Shown here one piece after another: positions 1 to 9,556 of a stretch of DNA of 64,000 nt (position 1 is its first letter; the number at the start of each line of letters is the position of its first letter). Source of the stretch: Myxococcota bacterium (GTDB taxonomy: Bacteria; Myxococcota_A; UBA796; CAJQPC01); contig DASCPX010000134.1 of the NCBI GenBank assembly GCA_036012755.1, forward strand, positions 1-64,000, written 5' to 3'. A program made the translations under genes and the position numbers. The notes below the pieces were generated by a model. The model was not told where the DNA came from, ran no database searches, and was given only the letters and a program-made list of their open reading frames with translations.

Positions 1-541
1 CAAGACCGAGGCATCGCGCCCACCGCGGAGGCTCGGCATGCAGTGCCCTGGCGAGGTCGAGGTCGACGATGCGTTCAGGGTCCAGTCCCCGGCCTCGGAG
101 CCAGTTCACGGCGCCTTCGTCCGAGGTGACGGGGTGGGCCCCATCCCAGGTGGCCTTCAAGCCGTCGAGGTGGGGGCGACCTGACGGCAGCGATGGGAAC
201 CCGATGTCCGAGAAGATGGGCATGTCGCCGGTCTCGTACGCACCCAGCGCTCCAACTACCGCCCGGCAACCCTCATTGTTGAGGTCCCGGAGCCGACTGC
301 CTCGGACCACCCAGGCGGCCAGGTCCAGCCCGTCGCCCTGAGCGCCGCAGGCATGGCAGCGCCAGCCGCGCTGGTCGGGTCGAAGGCCGATAGGAGGTCG
401 GGGGTCTGCCCTCCCGCGGCGCGTTGCGTTGCAGGCGGGACAGGGCCCGACACCGCGACGGCCGACCTGGAGGCCGACCATCCAGGCGACCTCGTTCACT
501 GGGAGTGCCCGGTAAGGAGCCCAGTCGAAACGGGGCCTCAT
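1..541 (-). CDS. Primase-type zinc-finger protein (P4-alpha/Prim_Zn_ribbon-like), 3' end runs off window
   Basis: Manual translation from ATG 541: MRPRFDWAPY...GPCPACNATRRG...GWRCHACGAQGDGLDLAAW...NWLRGRGLD; two CxxC motifs plus GDGLDL; open to window edge; absent from ORF track. Confidence 0.65.
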   Translation of the reverse strand, partial: MRPRFDWAPYRALPVNEVAWMVGLQVGRRGVGPCPACNATRRGRADPRPPIGLRPDQRGWRCHACGAQGDGLDLAAWVVRGSRLRDLNNEGCRAVVGALGAYETGDMPIFSDIGFPSLPSGRPHLDGLKATWDGAHPVTSDEGAVNWLRGRGLDPERIVDLDLARALHAEPPRWARCLGL

Positions 542-576
542 GGCGTCACCGAAGGCGCGGCGCGGCGTCCAATTCG

Positions 577-630
577 GAGGCGGTAACCGTTACCGCTTCG
601 GGCGGTCACAGGCCGGTTTGGGCCGGTAAC
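577..630. repeat. Palindrome plus phased CGGT(A/C)AC direct repeats
   Basis: GCGGTAAC-C-GTTACCGC at 580-596; CGGTAAC at 581, CGGTCAC at 603, CGGTAAC at 624 (22 and 21 nt spacing). Confidence 0.6.
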
Positions 631-677
631 CATGTTCCTGGGGGTATGTGTTTTCAGCCACTTGGACTGATTCTTCC

Positions 678-1946
678 CTACTCGATGTAGCCCAGCTTCT
701 TCAGCTCCTCCGAGGTCTCCTCGCTGAGTTCCACCCGCTCCACCAGTGGGGTCGCTTCGGTCATCGCGCGCTCCCAGGCCTCTCGGGAGGCCCGGAGGTC
801 GTGGTCCACTGCGAGCGGGACGAGCTCCTCGGGGTCATGCTCGAGGTCGAAGACACCGAAGGCGGCCTTGGCCTTGGGAGAGGGGTCCCAGATGGCCTTG
901 TACCGACCGTCCTCTGACAGCGCCAGCTTGCCCTCGCGCTGGGAGACTATGGGGGTCGTCTCGAGCGAGACGGAGAAGGTGTGGTCGACGCCGAGTTCAT
1001 CACACAAGAGCTGGGCGGTGGCGGCATTCGACACGAACTCGGGGAGCTCGGTGCGAGCTCCGGACACGAGGTAGGGCACGCTGGTGAGCGGCTCGTAGAC
1101 CCAGTAGCCGTGGCCGACCACGCCGTGCTCGCCGAGGAGCTCTCCGTGGTCGCTCGTGAGCACGATGAGGGTGTCTTCCCGGTGCTGTCCAAGGGCCTCC
1201 AGGACCTCGCCGATCCGCAGGTCGGTGTCCTCGACTACAGCCCGATAGGCCTGCTGGTAGGCCAGGCGGGCTCCAGGTTCGTTGCGCTTGGCGGCGCCGA
1301 TCTCCAGCCCCATGCGCCCCTCGAACCACTCGGCGTCCAGGCCGTGCTCCTCCTGAGCCTCCGCCGAGGGCTTCAGCGGACTGTGGGGCCCGAGGAAGTG
1401 CAGGTAGGCGAAGTGACGGCCCCCTGGGGTCCAGTGCTTGACCACCAGCCCGCGGAACTCCTTCGCGAGCACCTTGTCGCTGACGCGGCGCCAGGCGTCG
1501 AAGCCTCGGTCGAAGCCGAGCTCCTCGGCGAGGTAGCCGTTGCTGTAGAGCCCGTCGGTGCGGAAGCCCTCTGCGGCGAGCACCTCGGACAACAGCGGCA
1601 TGTCCGGGAGCAGCGGGTAGCGACCCAGCTTGCCGGTGGGCAGGTCGAAGCCGTGGGAGCGCACATCAGCGCCGGTGAAGAGCGAGACGACGCTGGGAAC
1701 GGTCCAGGTCCCGCTGCTCCACGCGCGGGCCGATCGCTGCTGCCCGAGGCTGTCGATGTTCGGGGTATCGGCCTCTGCGAGCACGTCGGCTCGGAGGGTG
1801 TCGATCACGATGAGCACCGCGTTTCTCGGCGGGTCCTTCCGGAGCGTGCGGGCCGGGCTGGGGGGAGCCTCGGGGCCCACGTCCGGGCCCGGTTCCGCCT
1901 CCAGCGGAGCCTCCGGAGTGCAGCAGAGAAGCCACAACAGCGCCAT
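678..1946 (-). CDS. Sulfatase-like hydrolase/transferase (alkaline phosphatase superfamily), probable lipoprotein
   Basis: IVIDTLRAD, WTVPSVVSLFTG, GPHSP, TSDHGE, GHG motifs; C-terminal LKKLGY. Confidence 0.85.
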   Translation of the reverse strand: MALLWLLCCTPEAPLEAEPGPDVGPEAPPSPARTLRKDPPRNAVLIVIDTLRADVLAEADTPNIDSLGQQRSARAWSSGTWTVPSVVSLFTGADVRSHGFDLPTGKLGRYPLLPDMPLLSEVLAAEGFRTDGLYSNGYLAEELGFDRGFDAWRRVSDKVLAKEFRGLVVKHWTPGGRHFAYLHFLGPHSPLKPSAEAQEEHGLDAEWFEGRMGLEIGAAKRNEPGARLAYQQAYRAVVEDTDLRIGEVLEALGQHREDTLIVLTSDHGELLGEHGVVGHGYWVYEPLTSVPYLVSGARTELPEFVSNAATAQLLCDELGVDHTFSVSLETTPIVSQREGKLALSEDGRYKAIWDPSPKAKAAFGVFDLEHDPEELVPLAVDHDLRASREAWERAMTEATPLVERVELSEETSEELKKLGYIE

Positions 1947-1952
1947 CGTCGC

Positions 1953-1970
1953 GTCCTAACGCGTTAGAAC
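1953..1970. promoter_or_regulatory. Palindrome in short divergent intergenic region
   Basis: CTAACGCGTTAG perfect 12-bp palindrome at 1956-1967 between divergent starts 1946 and 2002. Confidence 0.35.
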
Positions 1971-2001
1971 GAGCGTCCCTCCAGACCGGCAGAGGCACGA
2001 C

Positions 2002-3174
2002 ATGTCGGACATGCAGGCACTTACCTTCGACCGCTCGCGAGAGGTGTGGGAGACCTCGACCGGCCTGGTCAAGGAGCGCATTCCCCTCTCCGAGCTCACC
2101 GATCCGCACGGGGTGGACCGCTCGAGCGTGATCATCGAGGTGATGTACGCCGGCTTCTGCGGGAGCGACCGTGGCATCTGGTCACGCAAGGCCTTCGGCG
2201 ACATGATCCACGACAGCCTCGATCGGCAAGGAAAGGACAAGCGCGTCGTCGGCCACGAGCTCCTGGGCCGCATCGTCGAGGTCGGGAGCCGCGTCACCGC
2301 CAAGTACCGCCTGAAGCCCGGGGACATCGTCTCGACCGAGTCCCACATCGTCTGTGGAACATGCCACCAGTGCCGCATCGGTGCCCAGCACGTCTGCGCA
2401 CGCGACAGGATCATCGGCATCTCCATGGACGGCTGCTTCGCCGACTTCCTGAAGCTCCCCGCGAAGGCCCTGTGGCCGACCGACACCTCGAGGATCCGGC
2501 CAGAGGTCGCCGCGGTCCAGGAGCCCTTCGGGAATGCCGTCCACGCCTGCCAGGCGGCTGACCTGCGTGGCCTCAGGATCGCCATCCTCGGCTGCGGCAC
2601 CATCGGGCTCTTCGCGCTCCTCATCGCCCGGGGACTCGGGGCCGGCCGCATCATCGGCATCGAGCCGAACCCGAAGCACGCGGACATGGCGCGCAGGCTG
2701 GGCTGTGACGCCGTGATCCAGCCCTCCTTGCCTCCGAAGGACAAGCCATGGGCCTCTGATCCGGATCTCCATCAGCAGGTCATGGACCTGACCGACGGGG
2801 TCGGGGTGGACGTGGCGCTGGAGATGGCGGGCCACAACTCCTCGCTCAACAACGCCCTGCGCATCACCCGCCGCGGAGGCGACATCGTGGCCTTCGGGGT
2901 CCAGAACGGCGAAGCGACCATCGAGAACGCCCACCGTGTGGTGATGAACGGCCTCCGCATCCATGGCGTCGTGGGGCGCCAGATCTTTGGCACCTGGGAG
3001 ATCACGAAGACCCTCCTGGAGTCCCGCAGCAACGGCATCGCGGACGCCGTGTGGGACGTCATCCTCAACAGGGGCGAGGGCACCATCGTGGACATCGACG
3101 CCTGGGAGAAGGCGTCTTTCGAACAGACGATTCGGAACAACCCCAAGGTGATCCTGCGCTTCGCTGGCTCCTGA
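2002..3174 (+). CDS. tdh: L-threonine 3-dehydrogenase (zinc alcohol dehydrogenase family)
   Basis: GFCGSD, GHE, CGTCHQC...C, EPFGNAVH, GCGTIG motifs; kbl lies 3 kb downstream. Confidence 0.8.
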   Translation: MSDMQALTFDRSREVWETSTGLVKERIPLSELTDPHGVDRSSVIIEVMYAGFCGSDRGIWSRKAFGDMIHDSLDRQGKDKRVVGHELLGRIVEVGSRVTAKYRLKPGDIVSTESHIVCGTCHQCRIGAQHVCARDRIIGISMDGCFADFLKLPAKALWPTDTSRIRPEVAAVQEPFGNAVHACQAADLRGLRIAILGCGTIGLFALLIARGLGAGRIIGIEPNPKHADMARRLGCDAVIQPSLPPKDKPWASDPDLHQQVMDLTDGVGVDVALEMAGHNSSLNNALRITRRGGDIVAFGVQNGEATIENAHRVVMNGLRIHGVVGRQIFGTWEITKTLLESRSNGIADAVWDVILNRGEGTIVDIDAWEKASFEQTIRNNPKVILRFAGS

Positions 3175-3190
3175 GACTATGCTCGGTGGC

Positions 3191-4289
3191 GTGTCCGATC
3201 CAGGACTGACCAGCGACGTCGAGCAGGCCGTCCTCACGGGGAGCCCCGACGAGACCATGAAGGCCGCAGCGGTCATTCGAGAGGGGCTGGCAGAGGACGA
3301 CCCGCGGCAGGAGCATGCCGAGCTGTTGGAGGGCCACGCCCTTCGCCTGGGTGGACACCTGGACCAGGCCGAGGCGGTCCTGCGACCCCTGGCGCGCAGC
3401 GCGGCGAGCGACTCCGTCCGCATCCGAGCGAGCTCGACGTTGGCCTGGGTCCTGCGACAGCAGCGACGGCTCGACGACGCGATCTCCGTCCTCCAGCAGG
3501 TCGTTGACCTGGTCCTCGACGGCGGGCGGCGGGAACGGGCCAGCTGGTCTCATCAGCTCGCGAGCTGCCTGCTCTTCGCTGGTCGACTCGACGAAGCCGA
3601 GCTCGCTGCGCGGATGGGCCTCAAGGGAGCCGAGCCCATCTCGCAGGCCTTCCTCTTCGAGGTCATCGGCCGCATCCACCGAGCGCGGGGTGAGCTCAGC
3701 GCCGCCGAGGCCCGACTGGAAGACGCCGCGGATCTGGGCGGACTCCGGCGCGAAGGAGCCCGCTGCCTGCGCGCTGGTCTCGCTCGGGGACGTCGCGAGG
3801 GACCAGGGACGCTTCGACGTCGCGCAGGCCCGCTTCGAGGAGGCGCGGGAGGCCAGCCGCTCCCTCGACGAGTCCCACTTCGAGATCGGCCCACCGACCT
3901 TCAACCTCGGGCTGCTCGCCCTCGATCGAGGCGATCTCGAGACCGCGGCGGGGGAGTTCCGGAGTGCGCTGGAGCTGTTCGAGCGAGATGGTCGCAGCTT
4001 CTTCGCGGCGACCTCGCACCTCGGGTTGGCCGCGGTGGCCTCTGGGCGAATCGAACCGGCGCTGTGCAAGGAGCACGCCGAGGCGGCGCTCGCGGGGCTG
4101 CGCGGCTTCGGTTTCTACCACCGGGACGTGCTCGCGATGGCTGTCCGGACGGTCCGTGGCCCCGGCGCACGGGACCAGCGCGAGCTGTGGACCCTCGTGC
4201 TGGCGCAGGCCATGGGTCTTGGCGACGAGGCCATCGCGGCGGAGGCCCGCACCGCTTGGTTCTCTGCGCGGACGCCCCAGGCCCCGTAG
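3191..4289 (+). CDS. Tetratricopeptide-repeat protein with apparent frameshift near 3730
   Basis: TPR-like helices in the frame of ORF 3179 up to EDAA, continuing in the frame of ORF 3315 (WADSG...LGDVARDQGRFDVA...NLGLLALDRGDL); GTG 3191 lies 7 nt after TATGCT. Confidence 0.65.
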
Positions 4290-5991
4290 GCGTAGCCCCG
4301 CTCTCTCGCCGCCGAGAGCCCGGCGACCATGGCGTCGAGCTGCGAGGCGCTCGTGGGCTGGGGTGAGGCGATGACGGCGTAGGTGGGGATGTCTGCCACG
4401 AGGACCGGATCCAGCTCGTCGGGCCGGTCCTCGAGCCAGAGCACGTAGCGATAGACGTCCGACCACATCTGGCCCGCGGGGACATCTTCGAAGGCCGCGG
4501 AGCGGTCGCTCATCCCGTCGCTCGCAGCCACGAGGGCGCGGGTGTCGGTCAGCCCCCAGTCGTAGTCGGCGCCCGCCGCCAGCTCCAGCGCCTCGGCTGG
4601 CCGTCCGTCCGCGAGCGAGATGAGGGCCAGGCTGCTCGGGTCCTCGATGAGCCCGCCCTCCCCCGGGGTGGCGCCGATGTGCTGGAGGTAGTGACGCTGA
4701 TCGAGGTGGCCCTCGGCCAGCCTCGAGAAGCGTGCCTCTTCGACCTCGACACCGGCGAGCTGGGCGAAGCGCAGCCACTCGCGGAGGTACTCGTAGCGGT
4801 CCGCCGGGGCCATCTCGTCCATCGCCTGATCGAGGGCCTCGAAGGCCTCGTCGTAGCGACCGGCGTCGCCCAGCCGCAGGCTCCGCTCCTGATCGACGAG
4901 GGGGTGCTCCAGTGCCGCGGCGACCTCCAGGAGCTCGAGCGCGCCGGGGGTTCCGCGCTCGATGGCCCGTGCCATGAAGAGCGCACTGAGGGGGGTCGGA
5001 TTGTATGTGTACTCGGCCGTGTACCAATCGAGGGTGTTGTGCCTGCCCCAGGCGGCCTGGAACCAGAGGTTGGCGTCGATGTCGTCGAGGTGGGCCTTGA
5101 CATAAGAGGTGGGAGAGGTGTCTCGCTTCGTCTGGATCGTTGTCCAGGAGGAACTCGCGCGCCCAGGCGCTCTGGGGCTTCAGGTGCAGGGTTCGCTCCG
5201 CATAGGCGATCGCGGCCTCTGGTCCCTCGTAGTCGAGGATCGTGCGCTTGTCCGTGCCCGCGCTGCTCGTGGTGAGATCCTCGGGGGGATCCTCGAAGGG
5301 GTAGTCGACCCGCTCCATGATCTGTATCGGTTCAACGCCGACGTAGACGTCCTCCGGAGGAATCTGATTCGAGCTGAGGCTGTACCAGACCTGTCCGCGG
5401 TAGAGCACCGCCCGCCCGTTGGGATTCACCACGATCTGGTTCAGTCCCCACTCCAGCGACAGGGTCGAGGAGAGGATCTCGATTTCGCCGGCGTAGGCCT
5501 CGATGTCGTGCTCGCCGACGAAGACGGGGGTCATGCCGAGCCAGAGACCCAGGATCCCACCCGTGGGCACCAGCGCCAACAGCCCAACGCCTCCGGCCGC
5601 GCCGAGCCGAGCGCGCGCCGCGATCCGACCCCGGGACCTGAGCCGAGCAGCCCTGCAGGTGGGGACCCGTACAAAGCCACGAGGCGGCCCCGGTCCCGAA
5701 CACCGAGGCGGTCGTGACGATCCAGGCCTCCCCGTGAGCGAGTGAGAGGACCACCGTGCGTCCCATCGCGAGCCGGGGGTACTCGCCAGGCCCCAGGGGC
5801 TGGATCCAGATGTCGACGCGGTCCAGAGCCTGCTGCTGCTGCTGGGCTCGGGAGCGGTCGCGCTCGGCGGGCAGGTGCTTCATCAGCGCCGCGTGAGCGT
5901 CGAGGATGCGTCCCGACTCGTAGAGCGCCTTCACCTCCCGCGGGAAGAGCCCGGGATCCTGCTCTTCGGCTGCGAAGTCGTCGAGTGTCAT
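4115..5991 (-). CDS. Hypothetical membrane-anchored helical-repeat protein, apparent frameshifts near 5580 and 5110
   Basis: Protein-like segments join across three frames (ORFs 5332..6096, 3696..5579, 4115..4975); repair gives TM segment RRRWLLALVPTGGILGLWLG; 3' end uncertain because it overlaps the TPR gene. Confidence 0.5.
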
Positions 5992-6049
5992 GGGCACTGC
6001 TATTGCGCCGCGCGATACCGGATAGGTCAGGCCACCCGAGGAGGTCCCA

Positions 6050-7243
6050 GTGTACGCACCCTTGCAAGAGAAGCTGAAGGCCGAGCTCGCGAGCATCCGA
6101 GATGCCGGGCTCTACAAGGACGAGCGCGTCATCGTCAGCTCGCAGGCGGCCGCGATCCGCGTCGCAGACGGGCAGGAGGTGCTGAACTTCTGCGCGAACA
6201 ACTACCTGGGCCTGTCCGATGACGAGCGGCTCATCGCCGCGGCTCGGCGGACCATGGACGACCACGGCTTCGGGCTCTCCAGCGTGCGCTTCATCTGCGG
6301 CACCCAGGACATCCACAAGGAGCTCGAGAGCAAGATCTCGACCTTCCTCCAGACCGACGACACCATCCTCTACACCAGCTGCTTCGACGCCAACGGCGGG
6401 CTCTTCGAGACCCTCTGCGGCCCAGAGGACGCCATCATCAGCGACCAGCTCAACCACGCCTCGATCATCGACGGCGTGCGGCTCTGCAAGGCGAAGCGCT
6501 ACCGCTTCCTGCACGACGACATGGCGGACCTCGAGAAGCAGCTCCAGCAGGCCGAAGCGGACGGTGCTCGCATCAAGCTGGTAGCCACCGACGGCGCGTT
6601 CTCGATGGACGGGACCATCGCCAACCTCGAGGGCATCTGCGACCTCGCCGACCGCTACGAAGCCCTCGTGATGGTCGACGACTCCCACGCCACGGGCTTC
6701 CTCGGCAAGACCGGGCGCGGCAGCATCGAGCACCGGGGCGTGATGGGACGGGTGGACGTCATCACCTCGACCCTGGGCAAGGCCCTCGGCGGGGCCTCCG
6801 GCGGCTTCACCACCGGACGCCGGGAGATCGTCGAGATCCTCCGCCAGCGGTCCCGGCCCTACCTCTTCTCGAACTCCGTTGCCCCCGCGATCGTCGGCGC
6901 CGCCATCGAGGTCTTCGACATCCTGTCGGCCTCGACAGAGTTGCGCGACAAGCTCGAGAGGAACACGCAGTACTTCCGCGACGGCATGACCGAGGCAGGC
7001 TTCGCAATCACCCCCGGCGACCACCCCATCGTGCCCATCATGCTCGGCGAGGCTCGGCTGGCCTCCGGCATGGCCGACGCGCTGCTGGCAGAGGGCATCT
7101 ACGTCATCGGGTTCTCATACCCGGTCGTTCCGAAGGGCCAGGCCCGCATCCGGGTGCAGCTCTCGGCTGGTCACGACAAGGCACACCTCGACCGCGCCAT
7201 CGCAGCGTTCTCCAAGATCGGTCGCGCAATGGGCGTCATCTGA
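6050..7243 (+). CDS. kbl: Glycine C-acetyltransferase (2-amino-3-ketobutyrate CoA ligase)
   Basis: [68 protein letters not shown]. Confidence 0.95.
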   Translation: MYAPLQEKLKAELASIRDAGLYKDERVIVSSQAAAIRVADGQEVLNFCANNYLGLSDDERLIAAARRTMDDHGFGLSSVRFICGTQDIHKELESKISTFLQTDDTILYTSCFDANGGLFETLCGPEDAIISDQLNHASIIDGVRLCKAKRYRFLHDDMADLEKQLQQAEADGARIKLVATDGAFSMDGTIANLEGICDLADRYEALVMVDDSHATGFLGKTGRGSIEHRGVMGRVDVITSTLGKALGGASGGFTTGRREIVEILRQRSRPYLFSNSVAPAIVGAAIEVFDILSASTELRDKLERNTQYFRDGMTEAGFAITPGDHPIVPIMLGEARLASGMADALLAEGIYVIGFSYPVVPKGQARIRVQLSAGHDKAHLDRAIAAFSKIGRAMGVI

Positions 7244-7256
7244 GACCGGGTCCGAC

Positions 7257-8606
7257 TCAGGGGGCCAGGGCGTAGAGATCCTCGACGAAGGTCGTGTGCC
7301 CGAGCAGGCGCTTGCGGCCCGGCCAGTAGACGTCCCAGACGACCTCTCCCTCGGGCGTGATCTCCCGGAGCCGCGTCGCGCTGCCGTAGTTGTGCAGCGT
7401 GTTCCCGTTGTCCAGCCGCCAGGCTTCGCCGGCTGTCTCGCCGTGGACCCCCTCGCCCTCGCCAAAGGACCACACCATGTGCAGGGTCTCTCCGTCCTCG
7501 TCGATCTCGTACTCTCGAACCTCTGTCTCGTAGCTCGCTGATTCCAGGGACAGCAAGAGCGTGCCCTCGTCCGTGATCGTCGGGCCGTGCTGCCAGCTGA
7601 ACTTGGACTGTATGGGATCGAAGTCCCAGCTGTCAGCCATGCGCCCCCAGGCCGCGAGCGTCTCGCCGGTGGCGTGATCGATGCGCACCACCTCGCTCGT
7701 CATGAAGAACGAGAAGAGGAAGGTGTCGGTCTCCTCGTGCCACCACAGCGAGTTCGACTGGCACTCCGCCTGCGCGCCCATCTCCGAGTGGAAGTCGTCG
7801 CAGTCCCAGATCGTGTCCTGCGACCCGTCGGGGTTGATGCGCTCGAGCGTCTCGGAGTTGCCCTGGGCCCGCCCGTACGCGATGCTTCCGTCCGGGAGGT
7901 CGATGAAGGGGTGATGCAGCCCTGGCGCTTCGACGACGTCGACGACCGTCCCATCGATCTTCATGCGGACGATCTGTGAGCCGCGCCCCTCGTCCCAGTC
8001 CGCCCAGTACGTGGAGTGGTCGAGCATCAGCTCGTCCCCGGCCCGGTTCGTCTGGCAGTAGATGGTCCAGTCGTTGCCGGGTGTCTGGCGGGCCCAGACC
8101 ACGCGGCCTTGCCGGTCCATGATGAAGGTCCAGTAGACACCGCCGACCCAGCCCCCGGGCTTCTCGTTCATGCAGCCGAGGATGTAGTCGGCTCCAGTGT
8201 CCAGCTTGTCTGACACGGAGGTCTCTACCTCTGGTATCGGGAGACCGTCTGGCATGGACGCCGTCGTGATCGTCTGTGCATCCCCGGTCTGTGGTCCATC
8301 CCCGAAGTCGTTGACCAGGCGGACCTCTACGGTGGCTTCGTAGGGCACACCGAGGACGAGCTGCTCCACCTCGCCGATGGCGAGCTCCCGCTGGGGGGTC
8401 GTGGACCACTCCTCGCCTTCGAAGCGATACTCGAGCTGACCGGAGGCTTCGACCTGTTGGCTCCAGCTCGCGACCACGATCGATTCGTACTCGTCGTGGA
8501 GACGAAGCTCGATCGAGGCGAGCTCGGGGACGATCACTTCGGGGGTGCCGGTGTCATCGGCTGGTTCGCCTTTGCAGGCGAAGAGGGCTGCCAGCAGCAG
8601 GGTCAC
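7257..8606 (-). CDS. Arylsulfotransferase (ASST)-like beta-propeller lipoprotein
   Basis: LFAC lipobox; MDRQGRVVW, HHPF, SNSL, WQHGP, GEAWRLDNGNTL; AGGAG 9 nt before GTG 8606. Confidence 0.7.
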   Translation of the reverse strand: MTLLLAALFACKGEPADDTGTPEVIVPELASIELRLHDEYESIVVASWSQQVEASGQLEYRFEGEEWSTTPQRELAIGEVEQLVLGVPYEATVEVRLVNDFGDGPQTGDAQTITTASMPDGLPIPEVETSVSDKLDTGADYILGCMNEKPGGWVGGVYWTFIMDRQGRVVWARQTPGNDWTIYCQTNRAGDELMLDHSTYWADWDEGRGSQIVRMKIDGTVVDVVEAPGLHHPFIDLPDGSIAYGRAQGNSETLERINPDGSQDTIWDCDDFHSEMGAQAECQSNSLWWHEETDTFLFSFFMTSEVVRIDHATGETLAAWGRMADSWDFDPIQSKFSWQHGPTITDEGTLLLSLESASYETEVREYEIDEDGETLHMVWSFGEGEGVHGETAGEAWRLDNGNTLHNYGSATRLREITPEGEVVWDVYWPGRKRLLGHTTFVEDLYALAP

Positions 8607-8653
8607 AAGCAATGTCTCCTCGGAGGTGGGGCGGCACAAGATATATGGTGTCC

Positions 8654-9556
8654 ATGCTCCTGTCGCTCATCGCCTGCGCCGGTCAGACCCTGGAGCTCCA
8701 GGACGGACAGAACTACGCCTACACCGGCGAGATGACGGTGCCCACCGTGCCCACCGCCAGCGGGGTGGACATCGAGCTCTGCTGGGACCAGCTGAGCTCG
8801 GATCTGGCCTGCCACGACCTCGACGCTGCGGAGGACATCGATCTGTTGGCGCTCATCCGCTTCCCCCACCTCTCGGAGGAGGAGGTCGAGCTGGGCATCT
8901 CGAACGATGACCTCACACAGTCACAGCTGGACGGCTATGTCGCGCTGGAGACATCTGGAGAGACCTGCGCGAGCCTCGCCGCCTTCGACTTCTTCGGCAC
9001 GCCGATCGACGTGCCGGCCCAGTACAACAGCGAGGGCGGCACCTACCTCCTGATGCTGTCGACCGGGACGACGCCGGGCCAGGGAGCCCGCATGCTGACC
9101 TTCCTCGACCCGACCACCGACAGCGACGTCACGCGTGTGGACGTCGGTGACGGCTGTGGGCTCCTGGACTTCTCTGCCGATCTCGGCTCGCTGAACCAGG
9201 TCCCGGTCGAGCCGGAGGGCCCCTGGACGGTCGACTGGTCCGCGGTCACGACAAACGGCGCGGGGAACGACTTCGAGCCCGGGCACGTCGATCAGGTGAC
9301 CGTCGGGTTCTACGAGGGCCTCACCACAGCCGACCTGGAGGCCCGGTTCCTCGACCTGGAGCTCATCGCCACGAAGCAGTGGACGCTCCAGCTCACAGAG
9401 GTCCGCAGCTTCGTCGAGCTCGGCGACGCGACCAGCGACGGCCAGCCACTGTCGAGCCTCGACGGCGAGGGCGCCTGGATCCTCGCCTTGCGGTGCAGCA
9501 CCTGCTCGAACCCGGCGCCCTTGTTCCTGACCGTCCTGGCACCGGAGGCCGAGTGA
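8654..9556 (+). CDS. Hypothetical lipoprotein
   Basis: MLLSLIAC start, acidic ORF with strong GC3 bias, C-terminal LRCSTCSNPAP; stop overlaps next GTG. Confidence 0.7.
   Translation: MLLSLIACAGQTLELQDGQNYAYTGEMTVPTVPTASGVDIELCWDQLSSDLACHDLDAAEDIDLLALIRFPHLSEEEVELGISNDDLTQSQLDGYVALETSGETCASLAAFDFFGTPIDVPAQYNSEGGTYLLMLSTGTTPGQGARMLTFLDPTTDSDVTRVDVGDGCGLLDFSADLGSLNQVPVEPEGPWTVDWSAVTTNGAGNDFEPGHVDQVTVGFYEGLTTADLEARFLDLELIATKQWTLQLTEVRSFVELGDATSDGQPLSSLDGEGAWILALRCSTCSNPAPLFLTVLAPEAE

Noticed and set aside
3720..3745. Programmed ribosomal frameshift in the TPR gene
   Set aside because: No slippery heptamer or stimulatory structure; a simple indel explains it better.
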